DNA of 64,000 bases from the NCBI GenBank assembly GCA_043228905.1, contig JBHGNT010000005.1, positions 10,416,001-10,480,000 of the forward strand, read 5' to 3'. The DNA is from Azolla caroliniana. Taxonomy: Eukaryota; Plantae; Polypodiophyta. A program made the position numbers and the translations under genes. The notes below the pieces were generated by a model, which was given only the letters and a program-made list of their open reading frames with translations, did no database searches and was not told where the DNA came from. This document shows positions 26,734-39,869 of the stretch, one piece after another (position 1 is the first letter of the stretch; each line of letters opens with the position of its first letter).

Positions 26734-26773
<40 letters not shown>

Positions 26774-27538
26774 TCTCTCGAGAATTCTACACCCTCTTTT
26801 CCTCTTAGTACCAATCCTCATCTTTAGTACTAATTCTCTCTCTATCTTAGTACTATTCCTGACAATTCCATCCTATTTTGCAACAAATATAACGGGTGCC
26901 CCTTATGGTGAATTGTTTGGGCGGATGAAACCAGATGTCTCCAACTCGATCAACTGCTTCTTCAATTATGCTATTTGAGTTGCATTCAACTTGTATGGAG
27001 CTTTAGTTGGTGGTGTGCTTCCCGGTAATATGTTGATTTTGTTATCAATGGCTCTTTTAGGGGGTAGTCCAGGAGGTAACCCGGTTGTTAGCACATCATT
27101 GAATTCAGTTAATAGGCACTGAATTACTGGATTACCCTTTGTGTCTTTCCAATGTTGTATTTGCTTGATGACAAACAATTGTTGTACTTAAAAATAATTG
27201 CCCCCCTTTTTTAAGTGAACGATTAGCCACTTTGGCACTACATTATGATAAGGGGGCACTAGACTGCTCATTTGATTTCACTTGCTTTATTATCGGTTGA
27301 TGAAGATTTACCACCACCCCATTGTGTCCATCTAAATTGTCCAATAATACTTTGTCTATTCTCCTTCCTAAATGTGCGATAAGATACTTATTTGCCCAAT
27401 CCAGTCCCAATATGACATCAAATCCTGTCATTGAAGCTACTAGAAAATTTACTTTTCCTTTCCATGCTTCCATTTCCATAGCAATATCCAATGCCAGGTG
27501 CCCAACATTCACATACAATATCAACATTTTAATCATTA

Positions 27539-27905
27539 TGGAGATCGAAGTTTAACAATGTGGTCATACTCCGCAAGGTCCAGATGGGTGTTTGTTCTAT
27601 ATGCGCGAGTTTAAAAAGCATGGCAAAGAGTGGGACAACAAATGAAGAAATAACAAAATATAAGAATTTATTGAGAAAGAAAGAAAAAAAGATATATTAA
27701 CGTCTTCTTAAGGCCAAAATTGGCCCATGAGACAGTTGTTTTACAACAAAACGGGCGTTGGAAAGATCTAAAGCTATGCACCATCGTCAAAAAATGCTTC
27801 AATCGCCAGAAAGATATATGTGCTTGAGTATAGATGGGATGGATCAAAAGAAAACTTGTTTGCCACATTTTCGAAGGTTGCCCAACGATGTTGGAGATGA
27901 ATGCC
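27539..27905 (+). pseudogene. Internal fragment of a putative DNA-transposon transposase (CxxC...IDGMDQ..LP; DUF7869/Sola-like), lodged in the Gypsy protease
   Basis: Reads WRSKFNNVVILRKVQMGVCSICASL...[LINE stub]...ERSKAMHHRQK...YMCLSIDGMDQKKTCLPHF. The family call comes from motif recall, not a search. Confidence 0.55.
27671..27751 (-). mobile_element. 5'-truncated ~80-bp copy of the LINE 3' end
   Basis: Reverse complement of ~26668-26740, including the (TCTT)n tail. Confidence 0.85.
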
Positions 27906-28790
27906 TATACGCTTATGGATATGTCCTTCAATGGCATAGTTTTCAATCCAAATTTAGTGACACACTCGGGAGTGATAAAGTTATGTGTTACTCCACTATC
28001 AATCATGGCATGGCAAGCATGACCATTAATCCTGGCTGCCAAGTGCAAATGATCAATGTGAGAGACACCCACAACAAAACAAAGGGGTTTTACCTTTGCT
28101 ACCCCTGCCACAACCTCCATTACCCCATCATCCACTTCATCAAGAATGTCGAGAGTTTCATAATTGTTGTTGTCCAATCCCTCATCAACATCCCATACAT
28201 TGGCTTGGGCTACCACAAGTTTTGTTGATTTTCTTCGGGGACATTCAGATGCTAAGTGTGGACCACCACATTCAAAACAACCCCTTCAGAGATATGGGAT
28301 CCTTTCCCCGTTTGATGTAGATGCTAGGATTTTTCGTGCTCGACTACTATCCCCGCAATTATACTTGGACATAGTTGGTGATTTGTTGAAAACTCTTTGC
28401 CCTTGACTACTAAAATCACGTCGCATAGATGGCTCGAAATGGTTGTTGAAGTTCTTCGAAATCACCAATTTGTTTAGCAAGTTGAACCGCCATCTCCAAA
28501 TTCATCGGTTGTTGCTTTTCAATCTCCATCCTAATTTTAGATCTTAAACCAAACAAAAAACCATGAATTTTAGTCACTTCAAGAAAATGAGGAAGTTGAA
28601 GCATGAGTTGTCTATAGTTGTCAACATATGTCGATAAACTCTCATCGCCTTGCCTTAGTTTCCTCCATTCATCCATCAAACGAGTTGTTTCATTTGGTGC
28701 ATGTGCACTATAATTAGAAAAAAAAGCATGATAGAAAAGTCGATTCATTCACATCTAGTGTACATGAACACTTAAGAAAAAGCATGATGT

Positions 28791-31700
28791 TGTCAGGAGC
28801 AGTACTAAGACAAAGAAGTACTATCAAGAATAGTACTAAGACAAAGAAGGAATTAGTACTAAAAGATGAGGATTAGTACTAAGGGAGGTGCAGAACTCTC
28901 GAGATAATGAAAGAGTGAGTGAGTGAGTGAGAGAGAACTAGGATAACAAAAGATATATATTATGTTAAGGGAATATACAATAGTATCTAGGAGGCTTAAG
29001 ACTGGCGTTGAACTGATTTGGTTCGAAATAATGCCTTGTGCCTCCTTTTATAGTGTTCTCAGGAGTACTCCTGAAGTTTCTAGGATGTTTTAGAGAAATC
29101 TGGAATATACATCAATTTTCTATAGTAAAACTTAAATGAAAATAATATTCTTCGTATTACAATACATAGCCTAATGGTAAGAGCTCAACCCATGTAACAT
29201 AAGGTCTTGGGTTCAAGTCTTGCTATATCATGACACTATCCCCCTTTTAAAACGACGAGTGTCACGAGTCGTTTTGGATTGATGACCCGGTTTGTCTGGA
29301 TATTGACAATGGAAAGCTTCAAGAAGAGTACAAGCATTGGTCACATTCTCTATCGGTTCCCAAGTACGCTCACTAGGACTATATCCGAGCCAATCGACTA
29401 TATAGTAGAGCTTGTTAACAATCTTGAAATCGAGGATGGCGGCAACCTCGTACTTAGGTCCATCTTCAAGTTCGATCGGGGGTGGAGGTGGTTTAATATG
29501 ACCTAGGATGAAACCAGACCTGATAGGGTTCTAGGAGAGAACACTATGGAACACGGGATGTATCCATAGCTGCGGAGGTAGATCGAGACAAAAAGCGACA
29601 TCATTAATATTTCCGATAATACGAAAAGGACCTAATCGCCGATAATCCAACTTCTTGCATGGCCGAGTAGTCTTGATGTGTCGTCGTAGTAGCCACACCC
29701 AATCTCTAATGTCAAAATTGGATGGAAGCCGATGACGATACCCGTAAACCTTGTGTGTTTGTTGAGCTTGTTGTAGATAAGTAGATAAATCCGCTTGTAT
29801 CTTACGTAGCCACTCCAAACGATCCTCTGCACAAAGATTTGTAGGTAACTCTGGGGTTTCAAATACACACCACCGGGGGTGACAGCCCGTGTCAACATAA
29901 AATGGTGTCACCTTTGTTGATGAGTGGACAGAGTTATTATACGCAAATTCAGCGAAGTGGAGAATATTTGCCCAGTCATTTTGATGATAGCTTAAAAAGC
30001 ACCGAAGATACTACTCCAGTGTTTGATTTGTTCGTTCTGCTTGGCCGTCTGTTTGTGGGTGGTAGTCAGAGGAGAGGTTACAAGTGACCTTAAGAATTTT
30101 AAAGAGGTGCTTCCAGAACTTTGAGATGAACTGGGGTCCACGATTGCTGAGGATACTATCGGGAAGGCCATGATGCCGACATACTTCACGCATGACAATT
30201 TCAACGATTTCTTCACTGGAGATTTCATTAGTACATGGCAGGAAATGGGCCATCTTCGTATATCGATCTACTACTATTAAGATCGCATCAAATCCCTTAG
30301 AGACCGGAAGATCTGTGATGAAATCTAGGGCAATGGATTGCCATTGCTTCCTTGGAATTGGTAATGGTTCTAATAAACCATATGGATGATGCCTTGACAT
30401 TTTTTCTCTGCAACATGTATCACAAGTCCGAACAAAATCTTCGACAAATTGTTGCATATGGGGCCACCAGAATGATCGTTGTACTAAATCTAGTGTTTTA
30501 GTACTACCAAAATGCCTAGTTGTATATGTGTCATGACAGTTTTGGACTACTTGAAGGTGATAAGTACCATTAGGAACATACAAGAGTTTCTTAAAGAATA
30601 GTAATCCATCATGACATTCGAATTGTCGATAGTCCGTACCTGGTTGTTGTGACTATTAACAAGATGCTCGAGAGGGATCAATTTGTGCTAGAATGGCTTG
30701 AGCGAAAGCATTTGTCTTCGTGTTCTCATGTATGGTATCGATAACGTGGGAATACAAGGGCATACCAAAGACCTATGTTGCTTGCAGTCGTGTCGATCCC
30801 AAGATTACTTGCTTTTGGTTATCGAAAGCCGGCTCGCCGAGACGTGGTGTTAGATATGAGCGTCATGATAATGCATCCGTCTTCCCTTGTTGCTTCCGCG
30901 GACGATATGTAATTTTGAAGTCGAAACGAGTGAGGAATTGGGCCCACCAAGCTTGACGTCGATTTAACACACGAGCATTCTGAAAGTAGGCAAGGAATTT
31001 GTGATCACTGAATACGATGACTTCATGAGAAGACCCCTCTAGAAAATGCCTCCATTGCGTAAAAGAGTCCACAATTGCTAATAGCTCCTTATCATGAATT
31101 TCATAGTTGATTTCCGTGGCGTCAAACTTGCGTGAATGGAAAGCCACAGGATGTAGCTTTTCATCATCGCCTTGTTGAGACAGAATGCTACCCAAGGTGA
31201 AATCCGACGCATCTGCTTCAATGATGAATGGTTTTTCTGGATCAACATCAGCTAAAATAGGAGCTGATGTAAATGCCTTCTTAAGACTCTCAAAAGCCAT
31301 GTCCGTTTCTTCAGACCAAATGAACGATTGTCCCTTCTTGGTAAGTTGTGTGAGAGGCCGACCAAGCTTTGAGTAATCCTATATGAACTTGTGGTAAAAA
31401 TTGGCAAAGCCTAAAAAGCATTGCACATCTCACAATGAACGCGGAGTTTGCCACTCTACCACCGTTTTGACCTTAGCTGGATCCATGGAGATGCCTTCCG
31501 AGGAAATGACATAGCCCAAAAATTCTACCTAGCTGCACCCGAAACTACATTTTTCCAGCTTTGCATAAAGACCATGGTCTTGAAGTCATTTTAGTACTAA
31601 TAGTACATGAGAATCATGCTCTCTTGGGTCTTCGAATAAACCAGCAGATCATCCAAATAGATGGTCAAAAAATCATCGGAATATATCATTTGCCATGTGT

Positions 31701-34179
31701 TGGAAGACTGTTGGCGCATTAGTGAGGCCGAATGGCATGACCATATACTCGAAGTTCCCATATCTGGTGCGAAATACAGTCTCCCATTCATCTCCTGGCC
31801 GGATCCGTACGAGGTTATATGCTCCTCGTAAGTCGATCTTTGTGAAGAACCTTGCACCATTGATCCGTTCTAAAAGACTTGAGATAAGGGGAAGTGCATA
31901 CCTATTCCTGATGGTAACTTTATTCAATCCACGGTAATCTACGACGAGACGAAGTGATCCATCCTTTTTCTTGATGAAGAAAATGGGTGCGCCGGCTGGA
32001 GATTTCGAATGTCGAATAAAACTATTTGCCATATTCTCCTCTATATAGGCTCGAAGGACTTCTAGCTCGATTGGTGACAAATTGTAGATTGGTCCCCATG
32101 GTGGCTCTTTTCCTGCTTGTAAATCGATGGGGCGATCATACGTTCGATGGTGAGGAAGCGTATTGGCTCGTACTTTATCAAACACATCGGCATAATGACG
32201 TTACTTCTCTGGAAGTTGAACGGTGGACTCCTCTTTATTGATACTGGAGGGGTTTATTGATATTGCGAAGAGAAACATTTCTTCCTTGCGGCCTTCCTCA
32301 CGCAACCGATGTAGCGAAATGGTTTTAATCTTAGGAGTAGATCCTTGGGTTTGTCGACACCGTATTTCTCTTGTTCTCCGATCTATGGCTGGGTTATGTA
32401 ATTCGAACCATGGTAATCCCAAAACAATGGGATGTTCTAGGATACTAATTATATTAAATGATACTACACACACTAAGTTATCTAGGACAATATTAATGGG
32501 TTCTGACTCTTCTATAATATTTCCAGAAGCAATAGGACGACCATCAATGACTACTACAGAGGCTGGACACGGGAGTTTTTTTAGGGATATCTGATGAGCT
32601 TGGGCAAAATTCCTATCCATGAAGCAAGAGTTGGCTTCGGAATCTAAGAGTGCTAAGACATGTACTGGAGGAGTACTTTTAGTACTAACCATTACTTGAG
32701 CTAAAAACACATTGCTAACTTGCTTAGAGGAAATGGAACCACTAATGGGCTGCACAAATCTAGGGTTGTCCAACCAAATGGCTCCTATTTTGGCTGGACT
32801 TAATCGTTTAACTCTTCTTCTAGTTGACTAAGGATTTCAAATTTGTTTGAAAGGCTTGGGCTATTAGGACTATCAGACACACCTAGAGAAATAGACTCGG
32901 GTTTAGTACTATTAGTACTAGCGATTATTTGATTTAGCTTACTTTTCGACCGATGGGGGCAGTTCATTGCAATATACCCCAGTCCACCGCAATAAAGACA
33001 TAATCGATTTGCCCAACGTCGTTGCTTTTCTTCTTCCGATAGTGGTCCGCGACGACGTGTGGTGTCGATTTCCATTGGAGTCGGAGTATTTATTGGAGAG
33101 ATATTGAATGACTCCCTTGGGAAAGGCTTTGCTACGATTGAAGCGTAGGTGGGCTCCAATCTTGTCCTTGGCATTTGGAACTGATGTTCTGAACGTCGTT
33201 CGAAGAGGTGATTATCGCATCGCACCGCACGACTGATTGCTTTTGTCAATGACTTTGGCTCCTCGTCGAAAGTTAAGAGTAAATCTTTAACATCATTACG
33301 TAGGCCAAAATCAAATTGCTCCATTAGTGCCTGGTCATCCCAGGGAATACCGGTGGCGAGAAGACAGAAATCCGCAGCATAAGCCGAGGCCTGCCACTCA
33401 CCTTGGCGCAATCTTCGGATTTTGTTGATTGTTGTTCTAACACTATCGGTATCTCCAAACCAGGCTTTAAATTTGGTAATAAACTCTTCAAAATTATTTA
33501 ACAAGGGAGAGCTTTTTTCTAACAGGGGGGCGAACCATGCCAAAGTCGTGCCACTAAGTACAGTGCCTACTAGTCCCACTCGTGATGCATCGGTGGGATA
33601 TCGAGAAGGATGCATTTGAATGACTAATCGTACCTAATTAAGGAATCCTCTAAACTGCGATCGTGTTCCATCGAATTTCATGGGAAGGCCGATCTTGGGT
33701 TCTTTATGAACCCCTTGCGTACTAGGTCCTTGTTGTTGCATTGCTACTATGATTGCTTCGAGCTGTTGCACATGTAACGTTAGTTCCCCATCTTGTTGTT
33801 GCGTTTGTTCCTTCTCTAAGGAGATTTGTTGAAGCTCCCCCAACAGTCATTGATTTTCTTGTTCCAATGCGAGAAACTTCTCTTTCAAGCATTGCAACTC
33901 TGAAAAAACGGATTGATATTCTTGAGCGCTAACAGTGGCCATAATATGAGAGAAAAGAGGAATAAGAGATTAGTATGAAGGGAGGGAGAAGTAAGAAGAC
34001 AAAGGAAGAGAAGGAAGGGGAGAAAATCGGTTCAAACTGTCAGGAGCAGTACTAAGACAGAGAAGTACTATCAGGAACAATACTAAGACAAAGAAGGAAG
34101 TAGTACTAAAAAATGAGGATTAGTACTAAGGGAGGTGTAGAACTCTCGAGAGAATGAAAGAGTGAGTGAGTGAGTGAGT

Positions 34180-34244
<65 letters not shown>

Positions 34245-34530
34245 GATAACAAAGATATATATTATGTTAAGGGAATATACAATAGTAGCTAGGAGGGTTA
34301 AGACTGGCGTTGAACCGATTTGGTTCGAAATCATGCATTGTGCCTCCTTTTATAGTGTTCTCAGGAGTACTCCTGAAGTTTCTAGAATGTTCCAGAGAAA
34401 TCTGGAATATACATCAATTTTCTATAGTAAAACTTAAATGAAATAAAAATATTCTTTGTATTACAATACATAGCCTAATGGTAAGAGCTTGACCCATTTA
34501 ACATAAGGTCATGGGTTCGAGTCTTGCCAT
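28791..34530 (-). mobile_element. Near-complete, degenerate Tcn1-like chromovirus
   Basis: LTRs 28791-29235 and 34038-~34530; PPT ~29237-29248; gag 32800-33843 (CLYCGGLGYIAMNC knuckle); protease 32201-32773 (LLDS); RT 31500-32185 (YLDD); RNase H 30863-31300; integrase 29531-30583; chromodomain ~29290-29470. Confidence 0.92.
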
Positions 34531-34921
34531 GTGGTAAGCTGAACTTAGCCTCTTCCATCACTATATGAAGAGAAGAGAAATATGTATTGTGGGGTTTCCT
34601 AATTCTTTGGTTTTATTAGGATTTCTAAATATTGATCTAATATACTATACTCGTGTGATTCATGATTTTTGTTTATCTATCTTTTCGAATCTATTCCAAT
34701 CTACTATTAGGGTTCTAAGGGTTGATTAATCTAATATAATACACTCGTGGAATTCGCGAGGTTTTCTACATCTCTTTCCTACAAACTATTCGTATTCTTA
34801 TAATCTCTTTCTTACAATCTATTCGTATTCTTATTAGCCTTAAAATTATCCTCCTCCTAGTCCATAACCTCGGCGGTTTCCACCCGACTCACGCAATGAT
34901 CCGGGGCCGAAAGGCACAACA
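34531..34921. mobile_element. LTR-like remnant interrupting the host chromovirus gag
   Basis: Non-gag AT-rich stretch ending ...ggcacaaca where gag homology resumes; left end and TSD not resolved. Confidence 0.35.
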
Positions 34922-36559
34922 CCGTCCAAAAAGTTTGTTGCATATATTGTCCATTGATCTTGAGGTATACCACATATATTCTCATGAACCCCCCTATTCA
35001 AGGCTAGTGATTTTCGTTCACCTAAATACATCCTAGGTTTGATTGGTATGGACCGTCCACCTCCCCCTTCGATGCCCCTATTTGCTAACATTTCTAATCG
35101 ATCCTTTGGTGGGGCTTGGTTGTGGCCATCATCCGTATCCACGAGTCTTCTAGTTGTCTCTTCCCGTGACTCTTGCCCTTCTACTTCCAATGCTTCATGG
35201 AGAGATCCGAATTTGATCCCCACGTTTCTTCCAAATCTTGTGAGGTTTGCCCCCTTGGTTGTTCCACCCTATCACCACCATGCTCTATTATTTCTTGTGA
35301 TTCAAATTCATCCATGATTTCCATATTTCCCTTTCGTTGAAGAGGGTGTGGTTCCCTATCCATTCTCCTTCTATTATTCAACATGTTTTCAGAAAATTCT
35401 TACCTTTAGCTGCAGGTTGTTGCTTCCTCCAATGCTTGATAAAAGAAAAAATTGAAAAAAAAATCAGCCACCAACTTAGTCTTCCACTCGATTTCTAGCC
35501 ACAACTTCCACTCTTGGCTGCCACTATTTGAGTTTCCTGTTCGCGTCTCTCCTGTGATGGTTGCTAGATCTTTCCACAATTCTACACCTTCTCGGTGATG
35601 CGCAGAACCTGCTCTGATACCGAGTATAACAAAGCACTTGAAAAGAGAAAGGAAACTATAGAAATGGGGTACTCAATAAATAAGAGAAAAGGGTATTTTG
35701 CATTAAAGAGGAACTATTACATGGGGGGCATCCCCCTAATTTCCAGAAACTCGCCTCCTCTTCTTTGTGCACACAACATACTTAAATACCCATGGATCAA
35801 ACTACTTGACCACTAATTTCTCTAGCTACTCCCAATCAATTTTCCCTTAATTTCTCTAATTCTAACTCCTAAAAAAACATAACATTAGGTATGTTTGTGC
35901 CCATGCAACATTTTGATGCATGGTTTAATACTATGTTTGTGCATATATCTTAAATGGTGTGTCAATACTCATGTTAACGTAAACTTTCTTTACTAATTGG
36001 TTGATAAATCTTTCTCTTGCATGAAAATGTCATGGATTTATAGGATTCTGCTTTGGTTTCTCAATTGCATGTGGGGCAAGCTTTCAATAGAGTGGTGTAC
36101 TTGAATTATTAAATTCGTGATACAGGCTCATCTTTGTCATGCAACTATGAAGAATCCGGTAAAATATGGAAAAAATACACTAATGATCATCAAAAGATCT
36201 TATGCATATTCAAGGTTTAGGAATATTTTTAGCTTGAAGGCAACTTGGAGGTCGACAAGGCTTAGGCTTGATGTTGAACCTAAATGTTTTGATAAGAATG
36301 AGGTGCCTCTATATATAGTTCTTGACTTCTAGATGAACAATCAAGATTGCACCACTCCAAGGGATGAAATTGAGCCAAGTGTCCATTATGTGTGTAGGAT
36401 GTATATTGCTTTGAAACAACTAGGTAATATCTTATATTTCGAGGATTGCGATTTTGAATCTTTATGCATGGTTCTCACACCTTTCTCAAGTACAATTATG
36501 ATGAAAATAGACTTCCTAATCCACTAAATAATAAGGATGATGTCACAAGACCTTGAAAT

Positions 36560-37625
36560 CCAAATTTCTCAAACTTAAAATAATTATGATCATCAATATG
36601 AACGGTGATGGAAGTAGAGGTACTTGATCTCGCAAGGTCTTCTAATAGGTGAAGAGAAACTTAAAGTGGAAGCTCTGAATGAAAAGCAACATCACCAACT
36701 CAATCATTGATTAGATCAGGGCCACACCATCTATGGTCAAGCTTCTTATGAGGATGAATTGTCAACAATTCCCAATGCAAGAGCCAACAAGGTCATCATC
36801 TACAAAAGGTGGGGTATTTGGATGATGATAACACGTTTGGGCTTGACGAAGGTGTTTTTATATATTAGACTTGTTCATGTCATCACCTTGAGTTGTGTCT
36901 CCAAATTCGTATTGACAATGAAGGATCATAAGGTATGAGCACCCGAATTGATAAAGAACATTGTCTGGTTATATGGATGGATTATGTACATATGTTGATT
37001 GGAAGGTGGAGGGATTGTGCATCCTCTCATCATCCAATCTCTGTGTCATTAGACTGTAGAAGCATGGAATAAATTATTGTAAGCAATTTCTACCAAGGAT
37101 CAAGAATCAATCCAATTGATAAAGAATCACAAATATTTCTCAAGAACCTAATCAATGGTTTCAATTTGCCCATCGGTCTCTAAACGATGTCTAGAAGATG
37201 ATGAAAACTCCACATGCAAGAGTTGAAGAATACACTTCTCAAGATCAACAATAAATTGACAACTTTGGTTATTGACAATGGTGTCTAGTAATTCATGGAT
37301 TTGAAAAACTTTTGAAGCAAAAGCCAAATGTAGTTTCACTTGAAATGGAGGGGTCCACAAGAAAGTTGACAAAACACCAATGGTAAGAGGGATCAAAATT
37401 CAAAGATTATGATTGGGAGAAAGGATACCCTTAGGTTATGGACTAGAATTTAGCTTCCTTGCATGTGACATTCCTTGGAAGAAAGATTTGGCATTAATGG
37501 ATCAATTCAAATATGGGCTTCAAAAGGATGTAGGATATTTGCTTCTTATCTTTCAAGAAGTTCCTAGACCTCTTACAAAGGCTATCAGTTGAGTATTGCA
37601 ATGTGATAACAATTATATGAGCAAC
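36560..37625. mobile_element. Highly decayed Gypsy integrase (minus) and Tcn1-like gag (plus) fragments
   Basis: HRLETDGQIE at 37148-37200 (minus); 37470-37610 resembles the gag segment DQALMEQF.FGL..DV..LLL.F.E.P..LTKAIS. Confidence 0.5.
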
Positions 37626-39129
37626 ACTCAAAGAATTTAAGGGCATAAATTGACACCGACAGATGAGGGAGGTATAACAGCCTTGAAAGCCGTTACATAT
37701 GTTTTAAGTAGAACTTGAAACAAATTGGATAAGTATTCAAGGGATCATAAATGGATTGGAATCTTGGATGGATTGAGTTGTCGGAAGAATAATGAACTCT
37801 TTGAAGGGTAATGAACTTTTGAATGAATTCAACTTTCTAATGCAGTGAACTCCTAGACAGAGCAAGCTCCAGAATGGATCGAGCTCTTTGATAGATTAAA
37901 TTGCTAGATGCATTGATAGGGAAATTGCTAGCTTCATCCTAATGTAAGCAAAAGATAAGGAAATATAAGATAGGAATAAACAAGAGAGAGAAAGAAGGGT
38001 GTCTATCCACCCGGCCACTCCCGAGCGAAGGGATCGGGACAAACTTGAGCCTCGATTGGCATCCCATACCACCGTTGTGGCATCAAGTCGTACATGGTAC
38101 TGGTGCATTCGTTACAAGAGTTGATACCACAATATCAAAGTCTCGACATAGTCGATAATGTATCAAATGAGGGTAGCTAGGCCTCATATTTATAGTCGAA
38201 CCTAAGGCCCTCAGGCAAGTTCACACTTAGCCTTAATGGGTTGTCTCAATCCCGAGGATTAAAAGTAATTCTCCTTCCTTGCTTTACAGTGTCGGTTAAC
38301 CCTCACAAGTTATCCTCGTGCGTAGAATACTATAGTACAATTGACCATGGGATATTATATGGTCATGCCCATAAACAATTGAATTCCCAAATAAGTGGAG
38401 AGCTCTCAAATGGATTTAGTTATGAAGTGGATTGAACCAACAAACAAGTTGAATTTCGCGAAGGATAAAACTGTCAAATAGGTATTGAACTCTTGGATAG
38501 GTTGAACTTCCATATGGATAAAGCGTTTGGATATATTGAGCTCTCAAAAGATTTAAGATCATGTAACGGTGGAACTCATGGATGAGTAGTTAACACTCAC
38601 TAGGATGGTACTCCTAAACAGATTGAACTATTGGATGGATAGAGCTCCTAAATCTTCAACAAGTTGAGAAATCTCGAAATGTGGAATTGAAATCACCTAC
38701 ACAAAGTAATAAAAAATGTTAAATGGAAAAGTAGTTTGGGGAAATCTATTTAAATTCAAGCCTATCTCGATAGAAGAGTGTAGTACAAAAAAATAATCAC
38801 CCATTAATGAGGTATCAATAGAACAAAACAAAACGTAAGGAGGTTGGTTGACATTGGTGAGCAAAGAGAATTAGACCTAAACAAACACCACCATTATAAC
38901 TACACTATTTTGGATATTGGAGTTTAAATGGTTGGGTGTGAGACTCTAATTATTGTACATTCATGATAGACTCTAATTGTGTTTGTTTGTAGTGCATCAC
39001 AAGATGCGCATCCTAATGTAGCACAGTATAGAGACCAAAGAATCAAAATGGGGCATTAGTCATGTGTTAAAACCAAATTAATGGCAAACAAATGTAACCT
39101 AGATACAAAAAGTTCGAGTATTCTCTTAC

Positions 39130-39740
39130 CAAGCTTGTTGATGAACTCATGATAATGGCAAACAATGTGGTATCGATGAGGAAGGGGATCATGTAAGGTA
39201 AACACAGTTGGAAACCTCGATCCTTTGAGATACTCCAATGGCTTAACCTCAAATTCATCTAGAGGGCCTATATGAACATCCTAATCTAAGATAAGTCTCC
39301 GCTTCACAATCCCTTAGATGGTCAACAAGACTCCAATGACATCATCGACATTGAATGCCTATCTACAATGACATAATTAAAGATTCATTTTAGAATAAAA
39401 GTCAATTCAAAAAATTAATGATGACATGATATCAAGAAAATTGGGTTGAAATGCCTCATATCGAACCTTGTTCCATGGATACTAAATAATTTTGACAAGA
39501 ACTTCATTAGCCTTGAGGAGTTTTGTGAGTGTCTCAAAGATGAAGGTAGGAACATCCCCTTGTGAGAAGTGAAGCTTTGCCAAAGCAAATCGTCTCCATT
39601 TGATCCACCTAGGATGAATACATTTTTGTTTTGAAGGATAGTTCTACAATTAGGTTTCTTTTCAAGGAAAACAAGCAGAAATGCCACAAGGATGACACCC
39701 AAAACTACCATGGTTATAGTCTCGACTAAGCTCTCAATCC
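39130..39740 (-). pseudogene. Pseudogenised tandem paralogue of the TSC10-like SDR (exons 1-2)
   Basis: VAFLLVFLEKKPN...NKNVFILGGSNG matches LLVFLGKKPK...DKHVFITGGSSG, then frameshifts; 39130-39360 aligns with exon 2; no ATG at the homologous position. Confidence 0.8.
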
Positions 39741-39869
39741 TATCTCTATCACTCTCGAATACCTCATGGTAGATTTGTATATAAGAGCAATAGAGCAAAA
39801 ATGCGACTTCGATTGTTGCAGGACCATATTTTAATATCCCTTGGTTTGGAAAGTGAAGGAATTCAATAA

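Larger units (their letters stand above)
21660..26740 (+). mobile_element. Full-length but mutated LINE (RTEX/L2-CR1-like), inserted in the (CT)n of an LTR
   Basis: GC-rich 5' UTR, ORF1, APE-RT ORF2 and a (TCTT)n tail instead of poly(A); flanked by (CT)n on both sides. Confidence 0.85.
18411..26864 (+). mobile_element. Tcn1-like chromovirus with PR-RT-RH deleted, inserted in the host RT
   Basis: 5' LTR 18411-18826; gag remnant 18965-19700; integrase/chromodomain 19770-21307 (YLVDWQGY...TWEP); G-rich PPT ~21290-21307; 3' LTR 21308-26864 split by a LINE; TSD gttcc/attcc. Confidence 0.88.
15580..35884 (-). mobile_element. Degenerate Ty3/Gypsy chromovirus (tRNA-iMet primed, Galadriel/Reina-like) hosting several nested insertions
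   Basis: 5' LTR ~35625-35884; PBS 35611-35622; gag pieces 34920-35384 and 28416-28748; protease 27905-28216 (AMIDSG); RT/RNase H 26865-27178 plus 17433-18410 (YIDD); integrase 16228-17122; chromodomain-like remnant ~15900-16090; partial 3' LTR 15580-15734. Confidence 0.85.

Noticed and set aside
37943-38288. Candidate solo LTR (tgtaagcaa...ttgctttaca)
   Set aside because: Terminal inverted bases are present, but there is no TSD, PBS/PPT or second copy in the window.
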